Of a DNA stretch of 64,000 nt, positions 34,555 through 47,439 are shown piece after piece. Every line of letters starts with the position of its first letter. The first letter of the stretch is position 1. Position numbers and translations under genes: made by a program. The notes under the pieces are model-generated. The model saw only the letters and a list, made by a program, of their open reading frames with translations, was not told where the DNA came from and ran no database searches. Source of the stretch: Octopus vulgaris (lineage: Eukaryota); the NCBI GenBank assembly GCA_951406725.2, contig OX597816.1:10416001-10480000 (forward strand). Reading direction: 5' to 3'.

Positions 34555-35682
34555 AATGAGTGGACAAATGAAGCGGAAAGCAGAGCTTGTGTCATGTAAG
34601 CTAAAGGAATGAATAATCATATATTAGCTTAAATCCAGTTTAAAATCAATGATTTTCTAATCAATAGTCAAACAAGTAAAGCACATTTGTCAGTGTGCAA
34701 TCCTGAGAAATAAAACTAATTTACATTTAAGGTGGGTTTTTTTCTTGCTTTCTCTTTTTTTTTTTTTTTTAGTTTTTTTTTTGTATATGTGATGGCAATA
34801 ACGTATGGATTCAATATAAGATAAGAGTAAAGGTTGTGTTTATTGTATTGAAATAAAAAATAAGAGATACACAAGATAAAACACAAACATTATATAAAAC
34901 TTGTGTATAATACAAACAAAGCACCAATTAAAGTGAATTTAAAAAAAAAAAAACAACAAAAAAGTAATGCATAGAACAAAACAAGCAGCAATTAAATTGA
35001 AATCTGAAGAAAAAAAGATTAAATTTCAAAAAAAAAAAAAAAAAGACAGGAAGAGCAAAAATGAAAAGAAAAAAATATATTTCAACTTCAATGTCATTCA
35101 GATTTGCAAGAAATCTCATAAATAAATTTATTTAATTTTGTAATTAATTGACTGAAGAAAAAAAAACAATAATCAACACAAAATAATAATAATAATAAAA
35201 ATGTCAGAAGTGTTTTCAGGTGAAATATGTTAGAAATTATGAGTAAACATAAAATTCTAATTAATTACCTAAAGACAGCAATTCATTATTATTATTATTA
35301 TTATTATTATTTGGTGTATTGAATAAAGTCATTTTGAATTCTTGAAATACATCTCTGTCTCAGCTTTCCTATATTGCTGTCTTACACATACATATAGTAT
35401 TATATAATCATCATCACCACCATCATCATCATCATCGTTTTAATGTATGCTTTTTCGAAGCTTGTAGGAGTCAGACTAAATTCCTCGTTGTGGATTTTCT
35501 ACAGCTGGATGCTCTCCCAATCACCAAACCTGCTTCACTGTCTTACACACCATCATCATCATCATTTTAATACCCATGTTTTCCAAGTTTTCACAGGTCA
35601 AACTAAATTTGTTGCAGCAGATTCTCTATAACTGGATGCTCTTCCTGTCACCCACTCTACCATGTTTTTCTTTTGCTTGTGT

Positions 35683-35890
35683 GAAGGCACATGGCTTAGT
35701 GGTTAGGATATTTGACTCATGATCATGAAGTCAGGAGTTCGACTCCCACTGGCGCATTGTGTCCTTGAGCAAGACACTTTATTTCATGTTGCTCTCATCC
35801 ACCCAACTGGAAAAACTGAGTTGCACTTGTAATTCAAAGGCCCATTCTTGTTACACTATGTCATGCTGAATGTCCCTGAAGATAAGTTGT
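35683..35890 (+). mobile_element. SINE family D 5' part
   Basis: gaaggcacaTGGCTTAGTGG..GGAGTTCGACTCC..tgtgtccttgagcaagacac. Confidence 0.8.
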
Positions 35891-35904
35891 GACACAAGCA
35901 GCAA

Positions 35905-36212
35905 TTTTCCATTCTTCATTATGCCACTGATGTTGCTTAAGAAAAACAGAAGGACTTGTACAGTTTGGTGCCACTGCTGCAACGATTTCATCTCAATCGA
36001 AGAAGAGGGGCTTTCTCCATCCGGGTTGCGGATCCGTGGAACAAGCTGCCAGACGAGATGGTGAAGATGCCGACGACCGCTTTGTTCAAAGTCTCCCTTG
36101 ACCTCAAGTGGCCTGAACTCTTTACATGAACACCACCCTGTACATAACTCCATGTCCCCCTACATGGCCTTGCTTTTTGCTTTTTGAGCCAAAAATTAAC
36201 TAACTAACTAAC
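35905..36212 (+). mobile_element. CR1/L2-group LINE 3' end (second family) with (TAAC)n tail
   Basis: Frame LQRFHLNRRRGAFSIRVADPWNKLPDEMVKMPTTALFKVSLDLKWPELFT*. Confidence 0.85.
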
Positions 36213-36767
36213 AAGTGAACTCAAAATGTAAACTTTCAGAACAAACACCAGAATGCATTTTGTCCAATGCCCTAACAATTCTGTTGATTTAACATCCAGG
36301 ACAAGTGTTTACATATGTCAACCCCAGAAAGATGAAAGGAAAACCTGAGCTCAATAAGATTTGAACTCAGAACATACAGCACTGGAATAAATACTGCAGG
36401 GCACTTTGTTCAACATTCTAATGTTTCTGATAATCTACCACCTCATATGAGTGTTTATGTGTGTTTGTGTATATATCTGAAGGCATATATATGTTTACAT
36501 ATGCAAATGCACATTTGTGTGTGTGTGTGTGTAAATGTATACACATGCTCACCCACATATACATACTTATGTGTATGTATGTCTGTATAGACACATATGC
36601 ATATATGTACTCATACACGAGCATACATATACACATAGACATACACACTCTTGACCCTTGAGTTATTATGCAACTTTAGGTGATTGAAAATCAAAAATAT
36701 AAATACTCGTATTTTGAGGTCTACTTGTGCTGTTTGTACTAGTAAACATCTGTGTGTGTGCATGTGA

Positions 36768-36814
<47 letters not shown>

Positions 36815-36970
36815 AATCCCCCCAAAAAATGAAGAACAAACTCAAGAAAAAACAACGTGAGGACAAGTTGAAAAAGTTGCAAAGACTGAAACCATTGTTC
36901 TTCATGATAAAATTATTTCAGCATTTTCTACCTTGTCCTATTTTGATATAAACATATATATATGTATGTA

Positions 36971-37003
<33 letters not shown>

Positions 37004-38165
37004 TCGGCTTAACAGCCCTTCTTGTCTTGTTATTTTCCTTGTCCTGTATTTTACTGCTTATATTTTGTACTGTGGTTACTGTCCTGTTTTTGTTACCATT
37101 TTTACCCCTCTGCAAAAAGATCTCAAATTTTATTTGATTTGCTTTTCGCAGGAAGGAAAGTTTCTATCGAAGATACGTCTCGCCTTCACCTTCGAAAAGT
37201 AGAGTAGATGAAACCATGACGATTGAAGAAGGGGTTTTTCTTTGTGTTAATTGTCCTGTACTCTATTTTTTTGTTGTTTAAGAAAAATGTCCAGTTCCCT
37301 GGGTTTGTGTCTATGTTTTCGTTTCTCACTGTGTTCAACGTTTTTTTGGTGTCCTGCCTGTACTCATATATGCGTGTATATATACATGTAGAGGTAGGTA
37401 CGTACATATATGTATATATATATGCATATGTTTTATTTATTAATATATATATATATGGAAACAGAGACACACAGACCAGTGTATATATTCACATACATAT
37501 ACATACAAGCACACATTCATTGAAGGGAGTTGTTTGAATGTACGATCATGTCCAGGGGTGATAGACTTTTTTTTTATATATTTATTCTGAAAAATCGATT
37601 GTGGGTATATATTTTTAGACAGGGCAATACTGTATAAAAATTCTCAGAAATATTTTGTTTGTTATTTACATCTTAGCGATTCCCAAGCTGCCTTAGATAA
37701 GTCTACCTTGTTTTGCTCAAATTAGCAGCAGCTGTACACTTTGATCTTCTCTAATACCTGTTATTTCGCTTCTCACTCAATTCCTCACATACCAATTCCT
37801 CCACACCCAGATACATTCTGTATATTTGCTATCTTTTGTCCTGGTCTTAAAATCTTTGACACTTCAGAAGTGAAGCTCAAGAATTTTTTTTTAAACATTT
37901 CGTTTTACTTATTTTTTTTCCCCCAAAGTTGTTTATTCAAAGAAGTTAACAGCCGTCCTTTCAGAAATCTGAAAAAAAAAAATTTCTCCACCCCCGTTTG
38001 GATAGCAAGACAATGTTATTCAGAATGTGTTTTCGCCTAACCTAGCAAGTACATAAACCAATAGGAAAGCTACTACATGGTTACTTAATCTCCAAGAAAA
38101 AGCAACCAAATTTCTCAGCACCTTTTTAAAATTAATGGGACATATCGATTAATGTGGCTGCTGTT

Positions 38166-38579
38166 TGTTTGTTTGTTGAGCTAAGCGGTCTTCGTCCCAG
38201 AGCTCGCAAGATCGCGCCTCAGGATTGTCTGTAATGGGAGAAGTCCAAAACGTGGTCCTTTGCTATTCGTAAGACCCGCAGAAGAGAAAGCAGGTCAACC
38301 CCCGACACCGAGAGCATCGACGGATGCATGAATGCGCATCCAGGCTCAGCGGTTGTGTAGGAAGTCGAGGACAAGGAACAGGAAGAAAGAGTGAGAGAAA
38401 GTTAGAGCGAAAGAGTACAACAGAGGTCGCCACCCCACCCCCACCCCCCTGCCAGAGCCTCGTGGAGCTTTAGATGTTTTCGCTCAATAAACACACACAA
38501 GGCCTGGTCTGGAAATAGAAACCGCGATCCTCCAGCCGTGAGTCCGCTGCCCTAACCACTGGGCCATTGCGCCTCCACT
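38166..38579 (-). mobile_element. SINE family C (tRNA-like head), full length with 13-bp TSD
   Basis: Head gtggaggcgcaaTGGCCCAGTGGttagggcagcggac..; (CAAA)n tail; TSD tgtggctgctgtt at 38153-38165 and 38580-38592. Confidence 0.9.
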
Positions 38580-38649
38580 TGTGGCTGCTGTTCACTGTAT
38601 CTCAGGAACAAAGACGGGATGCTCATTGATGTAAAATATTTTATTATAT

Positions 38650-39318
38650 TTTCTGATTTTCATTTGATCTAAATTAAAAACCTTCCTTCAGAATTTCATG
38701 TTAATTTGTGTTTCAAACACCTGCTTAATAATTAAAGTTATTTTTCTAAATTCTTCATCATCATCATCATTTAACGTCCGCTTTCCATGTTGGCATGGGT
38801 TGGACGATTTGACTGAGGGCTGGCGAACCAGATGGCAGCACCAAGCTCCAATCTTGATCTGGCAGAGTTTCTACAGCTGGATGCCCTTCCTAACGCTAAC
38901 CACTCCAAGAGTGTAGCGGGTGCTTTTCATGTGCCACCGGCACGGGGGCCAGTCAGGCGGTACTGGCTACGACCTTGCACGAATCTTTTTACACATGCCA
39001 CCGGCACAGAAGCCAGTTAGCTCAAAATTAATTGAAACAAAGGTATTCAGAAATATGGTAATGAAAGGGAAATATTAATGCTACCATATTCAACCCTTTT
39101 GATAACAATGCATCTGTCTGCCCCTGGATCTATAATGCTGACTCGCCATTTTAAAATGACCAAAATTAAAATCTTCCATCAAAAATTTATTTTAACATAG
39201 GCTCCAAACACAAACTTAATAATGACAAAATTATTTCACCAGAACCTTCATTATTTTCAGAATTTGATTGAAACAAAGGCAGCGTATTTCAAAAGTAATA
39301 TGGTAACAAAATGGTTAA
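38650..39318 (-). mobile_element. Two old MITE family 2 copies, the first interrupted by an RTE UTR (-, about 38755-39020)
   Basis: Ends aatatggtaatgaaaggg (about 39070) and ttcaacccttttgataac..atggtaacaaaatggTTAA (39090-39318). Confidence 0.6.
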
Positions 39319-39399
39319 GTTAATATTAACATATTTAAAGCACTTAACATCAAAAATCCTCGTAGAAATGATTATGTGATGAGACAAAAGACAATAACT

Positions 39400-39690
39400 C
39401 AATGAATAAACATTATTTAATCACTTTTAGAATAATATTGATTTAAATCACTATTAAATGGAACATTAATTTGATTTACTATTAAAATGATATTAGCGTT
39501 TAATCACCATTGTAATAATATTAACTTTAAGTACAAATAAAATAAAATTAGTGCTTAATCAGTGTAGAAATAATATTAACTTGAATCAGTTTTAAAATGA
39601 TATTAGTTTTTAATCACTATAATAATAATAATAATAATTTCAATCACCATTGTAATAATATTAACTTTAATCACTATGAAAATAATATCA
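39400..39690. repeat. Degenerate ~28-30-bp AT-rich minisatellite
   Basis: Recurrent taatattaactttaatcactatt-like units. Confidence 0.65.
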
Positions 39691-40096
39691 GTTGTTATTA
39701 TTATGCTAAAGCTGTCTTTTCTTCACCACATATATTTTTAATTGGATTTTGACAGTCACTTTATCAATTATGTTGACTCAAACCTAACTATTGTTTTTTC
39801 ATACAGATGGCATTTCTGAGTAATTAACCTCCTGACTGATTTTTAAAATATATTTTAATGTGACTTACAATATTATTTACAATAATAGGGTCTCAACAAT
39901 AGTCCTATATATATATATATTTTTTTTTGTGTTCATTTATAATAAAAACAATTTTACATTAATCTGATAGGTTGCTCTAAATTTTTGTACTTTTGTAGAG
40001 CATAAATTTATTATTCTTCAAGAAGAATGTTGTTGACAGTGACTCCTAAGTTTTGGTCAGCTAAGCCATCGTTGGACTATAAATATATATATATAT

Positions 40097-40627
40097 GCTA
40101 GTATCTACGCAGTGAAACTATACAATAGCGTCGTATTTATTACGATTGCTATTTTCCAGTAAATATCGGTGCCTCGTACCTTTTATTTACTTTTATATGT
40201 ATAATTTTACCCTTACGGGCTATCTTTTACTGGAAAGCAATACTTTCGTATTGCATTATTATTTTCATTGAAACTTCTTCACTGTTATCATTCTTTTAAC
40301 GTTTTGGCGTTCAAATGAGTGTACTGGCATAGTTGTGGCAACATATGAAATTTTGTCTAGGTATATGCAGCTGATGAGGACAAATCAAATCTACGCTGTC
40401 AAATGTATTTGAAGAGTCTGAAATCGGTCCTGCATTATCCGATTCTAGGTTTTCCATTTTTCAGATGTTCTTCCTAGAGGTAAGACAAATTATTCTCATG
40501 TTTGTTGCACACACGCGTCTTTGCTAGTAAATACGCAGTGAAGCTATACATTAGCGTCGTATTTATTACGATTGCTATTTTCCAGTAAATATCGGTGCCT
40601 TGTTGTACCATTTATTTACTTTTATAT
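40097..40627 (+). mobile_element. Retrozyme/PLE pLTR-like unit: 426-bp period, ~105-bp terminal direct repeat, internal hammerhead
   Basis: gctagta..tacgcagtgaa.ctataca.tagcgtcgtatttattacgattgctattttccagtaaatatcggtgcct at 40097 and 40523; flanked by (TA)n. Confidence 0.75.
40365..40435 (+). ncRNA. Type-I hammerhead ribozyme
   Basis: ATGCAG-CTGATGA-GGAC..tcaaat.tac..gtatttga..GTCT-GAAAT cg GTC-CTGCAT. Perfect 6-bp stem I, extended stem II, GUC cleavage after 40429. Confidence 0.8.
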
Positions 40628-40634
40628 ATATATA

Positions 40635-41390
40635 CTTTTTTACTTGTTTCAGTCATTTGACTGCGGTCATGCTGAGCACCGCCTTTAGTCAAGCAAATTG
40701 ACCCCAGGACTTATTCTTTGGAAGCCTAGTACTTATTCTATTGGTCTCTTTTGTTGAACCGCTAAGTTACGTGGGACATAAGCACACCAGCATCGGCTGT
40801 CAAGTGATGTTGGGAGGACAAACACAGATGCACGAACATATACACACATACATATATATCATCATTTAACGTCCGCTTTCCATGTTAGCATGGGTTGGAC
40901 GGTTCGACTGGGGTCTGGGAAGTCAGAAGGCTGCACCAGGCCCAGTCTGATCTGGCAGAGTTTCTACGGCTGGATGCCCTTCCTAACGCCAACCACTCCG
41001 TGAGTGTAGTGGGTGCTTTTTACGTGCCACCGGCACAGGTGCCAGACGAGACTGGCAAACGGCCACGATCGGATGGTGCTTTTTACGTGCCACCAGCACG
41101 GGGACCAGACGAAGCTGGCAACGGTTACAGTTGGATGGTGCTTTTTACATGCCACCGGCACGGAGGCCAGTCAGGGCGGCGCTGGCTATGACCACGTTCG
41201 GATGGTTCTCTTATGTGCCACCGGCAACGGGCTTTTTTCAGTTTCCTTCTATCAAATCCACTGACAAGGCTTTGGTTGGCCCGAGGCTATAGTAGAAGAC
41301 ATTCGCCTAAGGTGCCACGCGGTGGGAATGAACTTAGAACCATGTGGTTGGTAAGCAAGCTACTTACCATATAGCCACTCCTGTACCTAT
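40635..41390 (-). mobile_element. SINE family A with nested RTE 3' UTR (-, about 40858-41226)
   Basis: The SINE halves rejoin across the insertion at the internal microsatellite. Confidence 0.85.
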
Positions 41391-41462
41391 ATATAATTTT
41401 TTTTTTCGTAATGAGCTAAAAAACAAAGGCTGTGTGGATTTTAGAACATTTATAGATAGAAG

Positions 41463-41510
41463 ATCTTACAGCTGTTTCCAGGATATTTATTATATCCCTT
41501 CGTCAGGGAC
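41463..41510 (-). ncRNA. Minimal type-I hammerhead motif, partly decayed
   Basis: Minus strand GTCC-CTGACGA-A-GGGATAT aataa ATATCCT-G-GAAAC AGCT GTA-AGAT. Palindromic ACAGCTGT; stem I has a C/A mismatch next to the core. Confidence 0.6.
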
Positions 41511-42699
41511 GGTGTGAGAAGGTGGTAAAGTAATAGTTAATTTAGATAAGATGCAAAATAGAGGGTTGCTTTTTTAGACCCTGTAAACATATAATACACA
41601 CACACACATACATACACACATATATAAATAAATAGATAGATATAAATACAAAATATATATATTATATTTTCATATTGCTCTACAGTTTAGCAGGAACACA
41701 GAAATCTTAAAAACTGCAGTGTAGATGGATTTAGGGTTAATAAAGCCGTAAGTTATAAAAGGCTTGGAAGCTGATGCCCTTTCTGTCACCAACCCATGCC
41801 TGTTTCCAAGCAAAGTAATATTTCTGCATGAATGACCATGAAGCTTCTATGATGGAGCTAGTTGTATGCTCTCAAGATGAAGATACGTACATATGCACAT
41901 GTATGTATGTATGTGTGTATGTAATACTCTGTCTATATATCTCTGCACATTTTTTCAATGCCATGTATGCCATAAGGTCTGCAAATTTAATGGAGGCCTC
42001 AAAAGACATTTTAAGATCCAATAAGATCAGAACTTAACAGCAGCTCTTGGTGGTCCAAATCAAATATGCAATCTATGTGGGTGTCTTTTCAATACACTGT
42101 CTGGTTTCAAAAAAGCCATGATGGCTCTAAACTGTTAGTACAAGAGGTGGTCCAACTCTGCATAATGAGTACACATCCACCATGTATATATGTGTGTGTG
42201 TGCATGTGTGCATACATGTTTGCATGCATACATGTTTGCATGCATACATGTTCATTCATTTCTGCTTTTAGTTATTTGGTTTCTTCTTCTGAGGAAGGAG
42301 CTGGTTTCTAACAAAGATACAAAACTCCATCATTGGAATGTAAATAACAAAAACAATATCATATTTTAAACTTGAGAAAAGTCTTGCATATCTTTACTGT
42401 TCCACTTACAGATTATATTTGCTATGTGTGAGTTAGCTGGTTGATTTCTTTCTCTGAAACCCTAGCTTATCCAGATTGTTACTTCCACATTTACTCTCAA
42501 ACCCAAGTGCATCAGATATTATTTGCATAAATATGAATTTATAATTTATATTCCCATCCAACCCATGCTAGCTTGGAAAATGGACATTAAACAATGATGA
42601 TGAATCTGGGTCTATAAGCTGGACATTTTAAAGCAGTTGTCCATAGTAACCCTTATGTATGTATGTATGCACGTATGTGTGTGTGTGTGTGTGTGCATA

Positions 42700-42928
42700 A
42701 AGTGGCGAGCTGGCAGAAACGTCAGCGTGCCGAGCGAAATGCTTAGCGGTATTTCATCTGTCGTTATGTTTTGAGTTCAAATTCCACCGAGGTCGACTTT
42801 GCCTTTCATCCTCTCAGGGTTGATAAATAAAGTACCAGTTTCGCACTGGATCGATGTAATCGACTTAATACCTATGTCTGTCCTTGTTTGTCCCCTCTAT
42901 GTTTAGCCCCTTGTGGGTAGTAAAGAAA
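42700..42928 (+). mobile_element. SINE family B, full length
   Basis: Matches 29535-29768. Confidence 0.9.
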
Positions 42929-43447
42929 TATATATGTGTGTGTGTAGATGTGTATGTATGTAGTATGCATGTATGTGTACAGTTAGCTTCTTTCAGTTTC
43001 TATCTATGCCATTCACACACACACCTTTCTGTGATTGGTTGGGGCTACAGTAAACAACTCATGCCAAAGGTGGCTTGCAGTGGGATTGAACCTGCATCTA
43101 CTGCAGCCATGCCTGCCCCTATTACAACAATACCGGTGCCTATACACAGACTCAGTTTGGTAAATAAACAGTTTGCTTCCATGGTGCCAAAAATTTCTGC
43201 CTAATTTAGAAACGACTGACTGCAACTTTGCAACAACAGTGACAGAATGAATAAAAGTCTGTCTGAGACTACAAAAGCATTCATTTTTTTTTTATAGCTG
43301 GTGTTATAGTTGATGATGAAGATGATGATGATGGTGATGATGATGAGGATGGAGTTGGTAGCAAAAAAAGATAATAAAATACAAGAAAAGGAGAAGTATA
43401 ACATCAAATAATTGTAGAGTTAATTAATTGCAACAAATGACATTGCG

Positions 43448-43905
43448 TCTCTCTCTTTCTCTCTTATTCTTACCCCCCCTCTCTCTCTCTAACACTTACC
43501 CCCCTCTTTCTCTCTTACACTTACCCCCTCCTCTCTCTTACACTTAACCCCCTCTCTTTCTCTCTTACTCTTACCCCTCTCTCTCTTACACTTACCCCCT
43601 CTCTTTCTCTCTCTCTTACACTTACCTCATCTTTCTCTCTTATTCTTAGCCCCCCCTTTCTCTCTCTTACACTTACTCCCGCTCTTTCTGTTATTCTTAC
43701 CCCCTCTTTCTTTCTCTCTTATTCTTACCCCCTCTCTCTCACACTTACTGCATCTATCTCTCTTACTCTTACCCCCTCTCTCTCTTACACTTACCCCCTC
43801 TTTTTCTCTCTTATTCTTACCCCCCTCTCTCGCTCTTACACTTACCCCATCTCTTTCTCTCTTACTCCTCTCTCTCTCTCTCACACTTACCCTCCCCCTC
43901 TCTCT
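43448..43905. repeat. Pyrimidine-rich ~22-27-bp minisatellite
   Basis: Units ctctcttacacttacccc / ctctcttattcttacccc. Confidence 0.85.
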
Positions 43906-44257
43906 TGTCTATTCTACACAGTTCTGGACACATCAATGCTTGTTTTTTTTCTTTTTGCCTGAACAGAAAACAGCAGTAATTAACTTATTAGATAAATAGG
44001 ATACTAACGATTTACTGCCCAACCTGAATAATATCGGTGAAAACACATAGGTTATCTAACATTTATATTATTATTAAGTGGAATAGCTTTGTGATACAAT
44101 CCTTTTAGTTGTGCTCCATTCGTGGCTGCAACTTTGAATACCTGATACATAATTCGATTACGTGGAAACCTATCCTCTGTTTATGATTTTATTAAAAGCT
44201 TATGCTTTCACCATTCACTTGATGCACTTCTATTCAGGAAGTGTTTTCTTCATGAAT

Positions 44258-44269
44258 CATATATATATA

Positions 44270-44341
<72 letters not shown>

Positions 44342-44388
44342 TTATAAAAACATATATATACATAGATACATACATTCAATATATATAT

Positions 44389-44437
<49 letters not shown>

Positions 44438-45020
44438 TACATACATACATATATTCATACATATATATATACATACATACGCACATACAGATATACACAT
44501 ACATACATACACACACACATATAGATATACATACATAACGCATGCCAGCATTGGATGTTAAACAATGATGATGATGATGACATACATATATATACATATA
44601 TATATATGCATATATATATATACAAATATATATATACAAATATATGCATATATATACAAATATATGCATATATATATATACAAATATATATATATATATA
44701 TGCATATATATATATATACACATATATATATACAAATATATATATATGCAATATACATATATATGTAAATATACACACACATATATATACATACATATAT
44801 AAATATATACACACGCACACATATACATACATATGTACATATATATACATATATATATGTTTGTGTGTGTATCATCTTGATGATAATGATGATAATGTAT
44901 GTACACACACACATATATATTTATATATATCATAAATATATATACATGTATATATATATACATATGTGTATACATACACATAAATATATACGTATATATA
45001 CACATGTATATATATGTATG
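44258..45020. repeat. Compound TA/CA microsatellite tract
   Basis: Direct inspection. Confidence 0.95.
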
Positions 45021-45440
45021 GGATTTAGTGGTATTAATTGAAAGGTTAGTAGTGTTCTGTATTAAGTTATGTGTTCATATTGAGTTGTGGAAGATATTTA
45101 TAGATGAAAATTGTTTCTTTATTCATTCTTTGTTGTACTGAGGTGTTCTGTGAACATTGATAGAAGGGGAAAATTGGGAAATTAGGATTAAGGTTCCTAG
45201 CACACCTTTCTATGTGTTCACTGACCTGTATCAGTCTGTATTGTGGATGGCAGATTTGTTCTTTGTGGAGAGTGGTTTTCATCGGAGTGATATTCTTGTT
45301 TGGCCAATATATTGATTATCGCACCCTAAGCAGATATTGGCATAGATTAGGTTTTTCAGAGGCTCAGGTGAAATTTGATTTAATCTTAAATATTTCAACT
45401 TGTTTAAAATGGAACACTGTACCCTCCAAGCTGCAGAAAT
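45020..45440 (-). pseudogene. Penelope-like element GIY-YIG endonuclease remnant
   Basis: Minus strand with frameshifts and stops: FKIKSNFT*AS / NLIYANICLGCDNQYIGQTRISLR* / TTLHKEQICHPQYRLIQVSEHIERCA..FPIFPFY..RMNKETIFIYKYLPQLN. Contains LIY-CxxC-YIG, H, E and terminal LN motifs. Confidence 0.85.
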
Positions 45441-45489
45441 AAGCAATTAGAATTTTTTTAATCAGTCGCTATTTTTTTTTTTTTTTTTT

Positions 45490-45708
45490 TGTACTTGTTT
45501 CAGTCATTTGACAGCGGCCATGCTGGAGCACCGCCTTTAGAGTGGTGAAAGAGTACAGCAGGGATCACCACCTCCTGCCGGAGCCTCGTGGAGCTTTTAG
45601 GTGTTTTTTTCGCTCAATAAACACACACAACGCCCGGTCTGGGAATCGAAACCGCGATCCTCCGACCGCAAGTCCGCTGCCCTAACCACTAGGCCATTGC
45701 GCCTCCAG
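45490..45708 (-). mobile_element. SINE family C head joined to a family A tail fragment
   Basis: Head 45708-45541 (tggcctagtgg..gtttcgattccc); family A tail 45540-45490. Confidence 0.75.
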
Positions 45709-45775
45709 TGTGTGTATATATATATGTGTATATATATACATATATATGTGTATATATATACACACATATATATAT

Positions 45776-46230
45776 GTCGACGACAGGCACCCATGCCAAA
45801 CCCCCTTCTCTGCTTGCAAAGACCTGTTGGGGCAAGTGAAGTCGAAATCGGAATCGAAATTGAACCAATCCTATGACTGGCACCCAGCAGTTGCCAGGAC
45901 CCCTGGACTGGTGGTACGTAAAAAGCACTATCCGAATCGTGGCCAATACCAGCGCCGCCTCGACTGGCTTCCGTGCCAGTGGCACGTAAAAAGCACCATC
46001 CGAATCGTGGCCAATGCCAGTGCCGCCTCGACTGGCTTCCATGCAGGTAGCACGTAAAAAGCACCCACTACACTCACAGAGTGGTTGGCGTTAGGAAGGG
46101 CATCCAGCTGTCGAAACACTACCAGATAAGACTGGAGCCTGGTGAAGCCTCCTGGCTTCCCAGATCCCCGGTCGAACAGTCCAACCCATGCTAGCATGGA
46201 GAACGGACATTAAACGATGACGATGATGAT
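45776..46230 (+). mobile_element. RTE 3' UTR variant
   Basis: agacctgttggggcaagtgaa, subrepeats and terminal tail. Confidence 0.85.
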
Positions 46231-46660
46231 ATATACATGTCTATATATATATATACATACAAACATAAGGAAGTATTGATTGTAGAACAAACATTAAATT
46301 TGGGTCAACGACTTTATATACAACACCACCCCTGAAACATTTAATTACATATAAAAATCACCATGGTTCCCAAACACATAAAAATAATACATAAAAGCAC
46401 AGAAAGTAAAAATATAGAAGCGAACAGAACGGCCTATCAAAAAGTTAAATATAAATGGCTGAGAATTCTTTATCTTCCTCTCATTTATATTTGAACACTT
46501 CTTTTGCAGTCCTATAAACCCTTTTGTTTCTGTAAAAAGAGACAAATATTATTTCTTGTTATATATACACACAAATATATATACATACACACACTCACAT
46601 ACATATATATACATATATATATATGTATACATACACACACTCACATACATACATACATAC

Positions 46661-46699
<39 letters not shown>

Positions 46700-46938
46700 C
46701 TGTTCGATTCACTTTGCATGGAATGCATCTCGGATGCAGCACGGATTTTTGTCAGTGAACAGGTCGCGGTCTTAAAGCGACGAAAATATCTTGACAAATT
46801 AAACTTAAATGTTGAAGTGAATCAAACGGTTTTTAGGTGTTTCTTAAATGGCTTACAAACACCTTCCATGCTGCAATTGTTTTCGTTTCAGCACACGATC
46901 TCAGATCAAATCACTTGCTATGCAAGTACATCTCCGTA
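46700..46938. mobile_element. Half copy of fold-back MITE family E
   Basis: gaaaatatcttgacaaa..aatgttgaagtgaatc..cacttgctatgcaagtacatctccgta. Confidence 0.7.
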
Positions 46939-46979
46939 ATACATATATACTAGTGAGCAATATATTTGTCATAATAGTA

Positions 46980-47181
46980 ATGGTTTGAAATTTTGCCACA
47001 AGGCCAGCAATTTGGATTACATCGACCCCAGTACTCAACTGGTACTTATTGTATTGACCCCAAAGGATGAAAGGTAATGTTGACCTCAGTGGAATTTGAA
47101 CTCAGGAGTGCTGTTGGACGAAATGCCGCTAAGGATTTCTCCTGATGTGCTAATGATTCTGCCAGCTTGCCACCTTATGCC

Positions 47182-47217
<36 letters not shown>

Positions 47218-47418
47218 GTTTCACAGTCTGGCACAAGGCCAGCAATTTCTGGGAGGGGTTAAGTTGATTACATCGCCTCCACCCACTAATGTCGAACTGG
47301 AACTTATTTCGGTGACACTGAAAGGATGAAAAGCAAAATGAACCAGAGTGGCATTTGGATTGAGAATGTAAAGCTGAAAGAAATGTTGCTAAGCATTATT
47401 GCCAACTCACTGCCTCAA
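46980..47418 (-). mobile_element. Two SINE family B copies separated by (TAA)n
   Basis: actggtacttatt..gacccc.aaggatgaaagg..gacctc..gaatttgaactc pattern occurs twice. Confidence 0.8.
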
Positions 47419-47439
47419 TAATAATAATAATAATGATAA

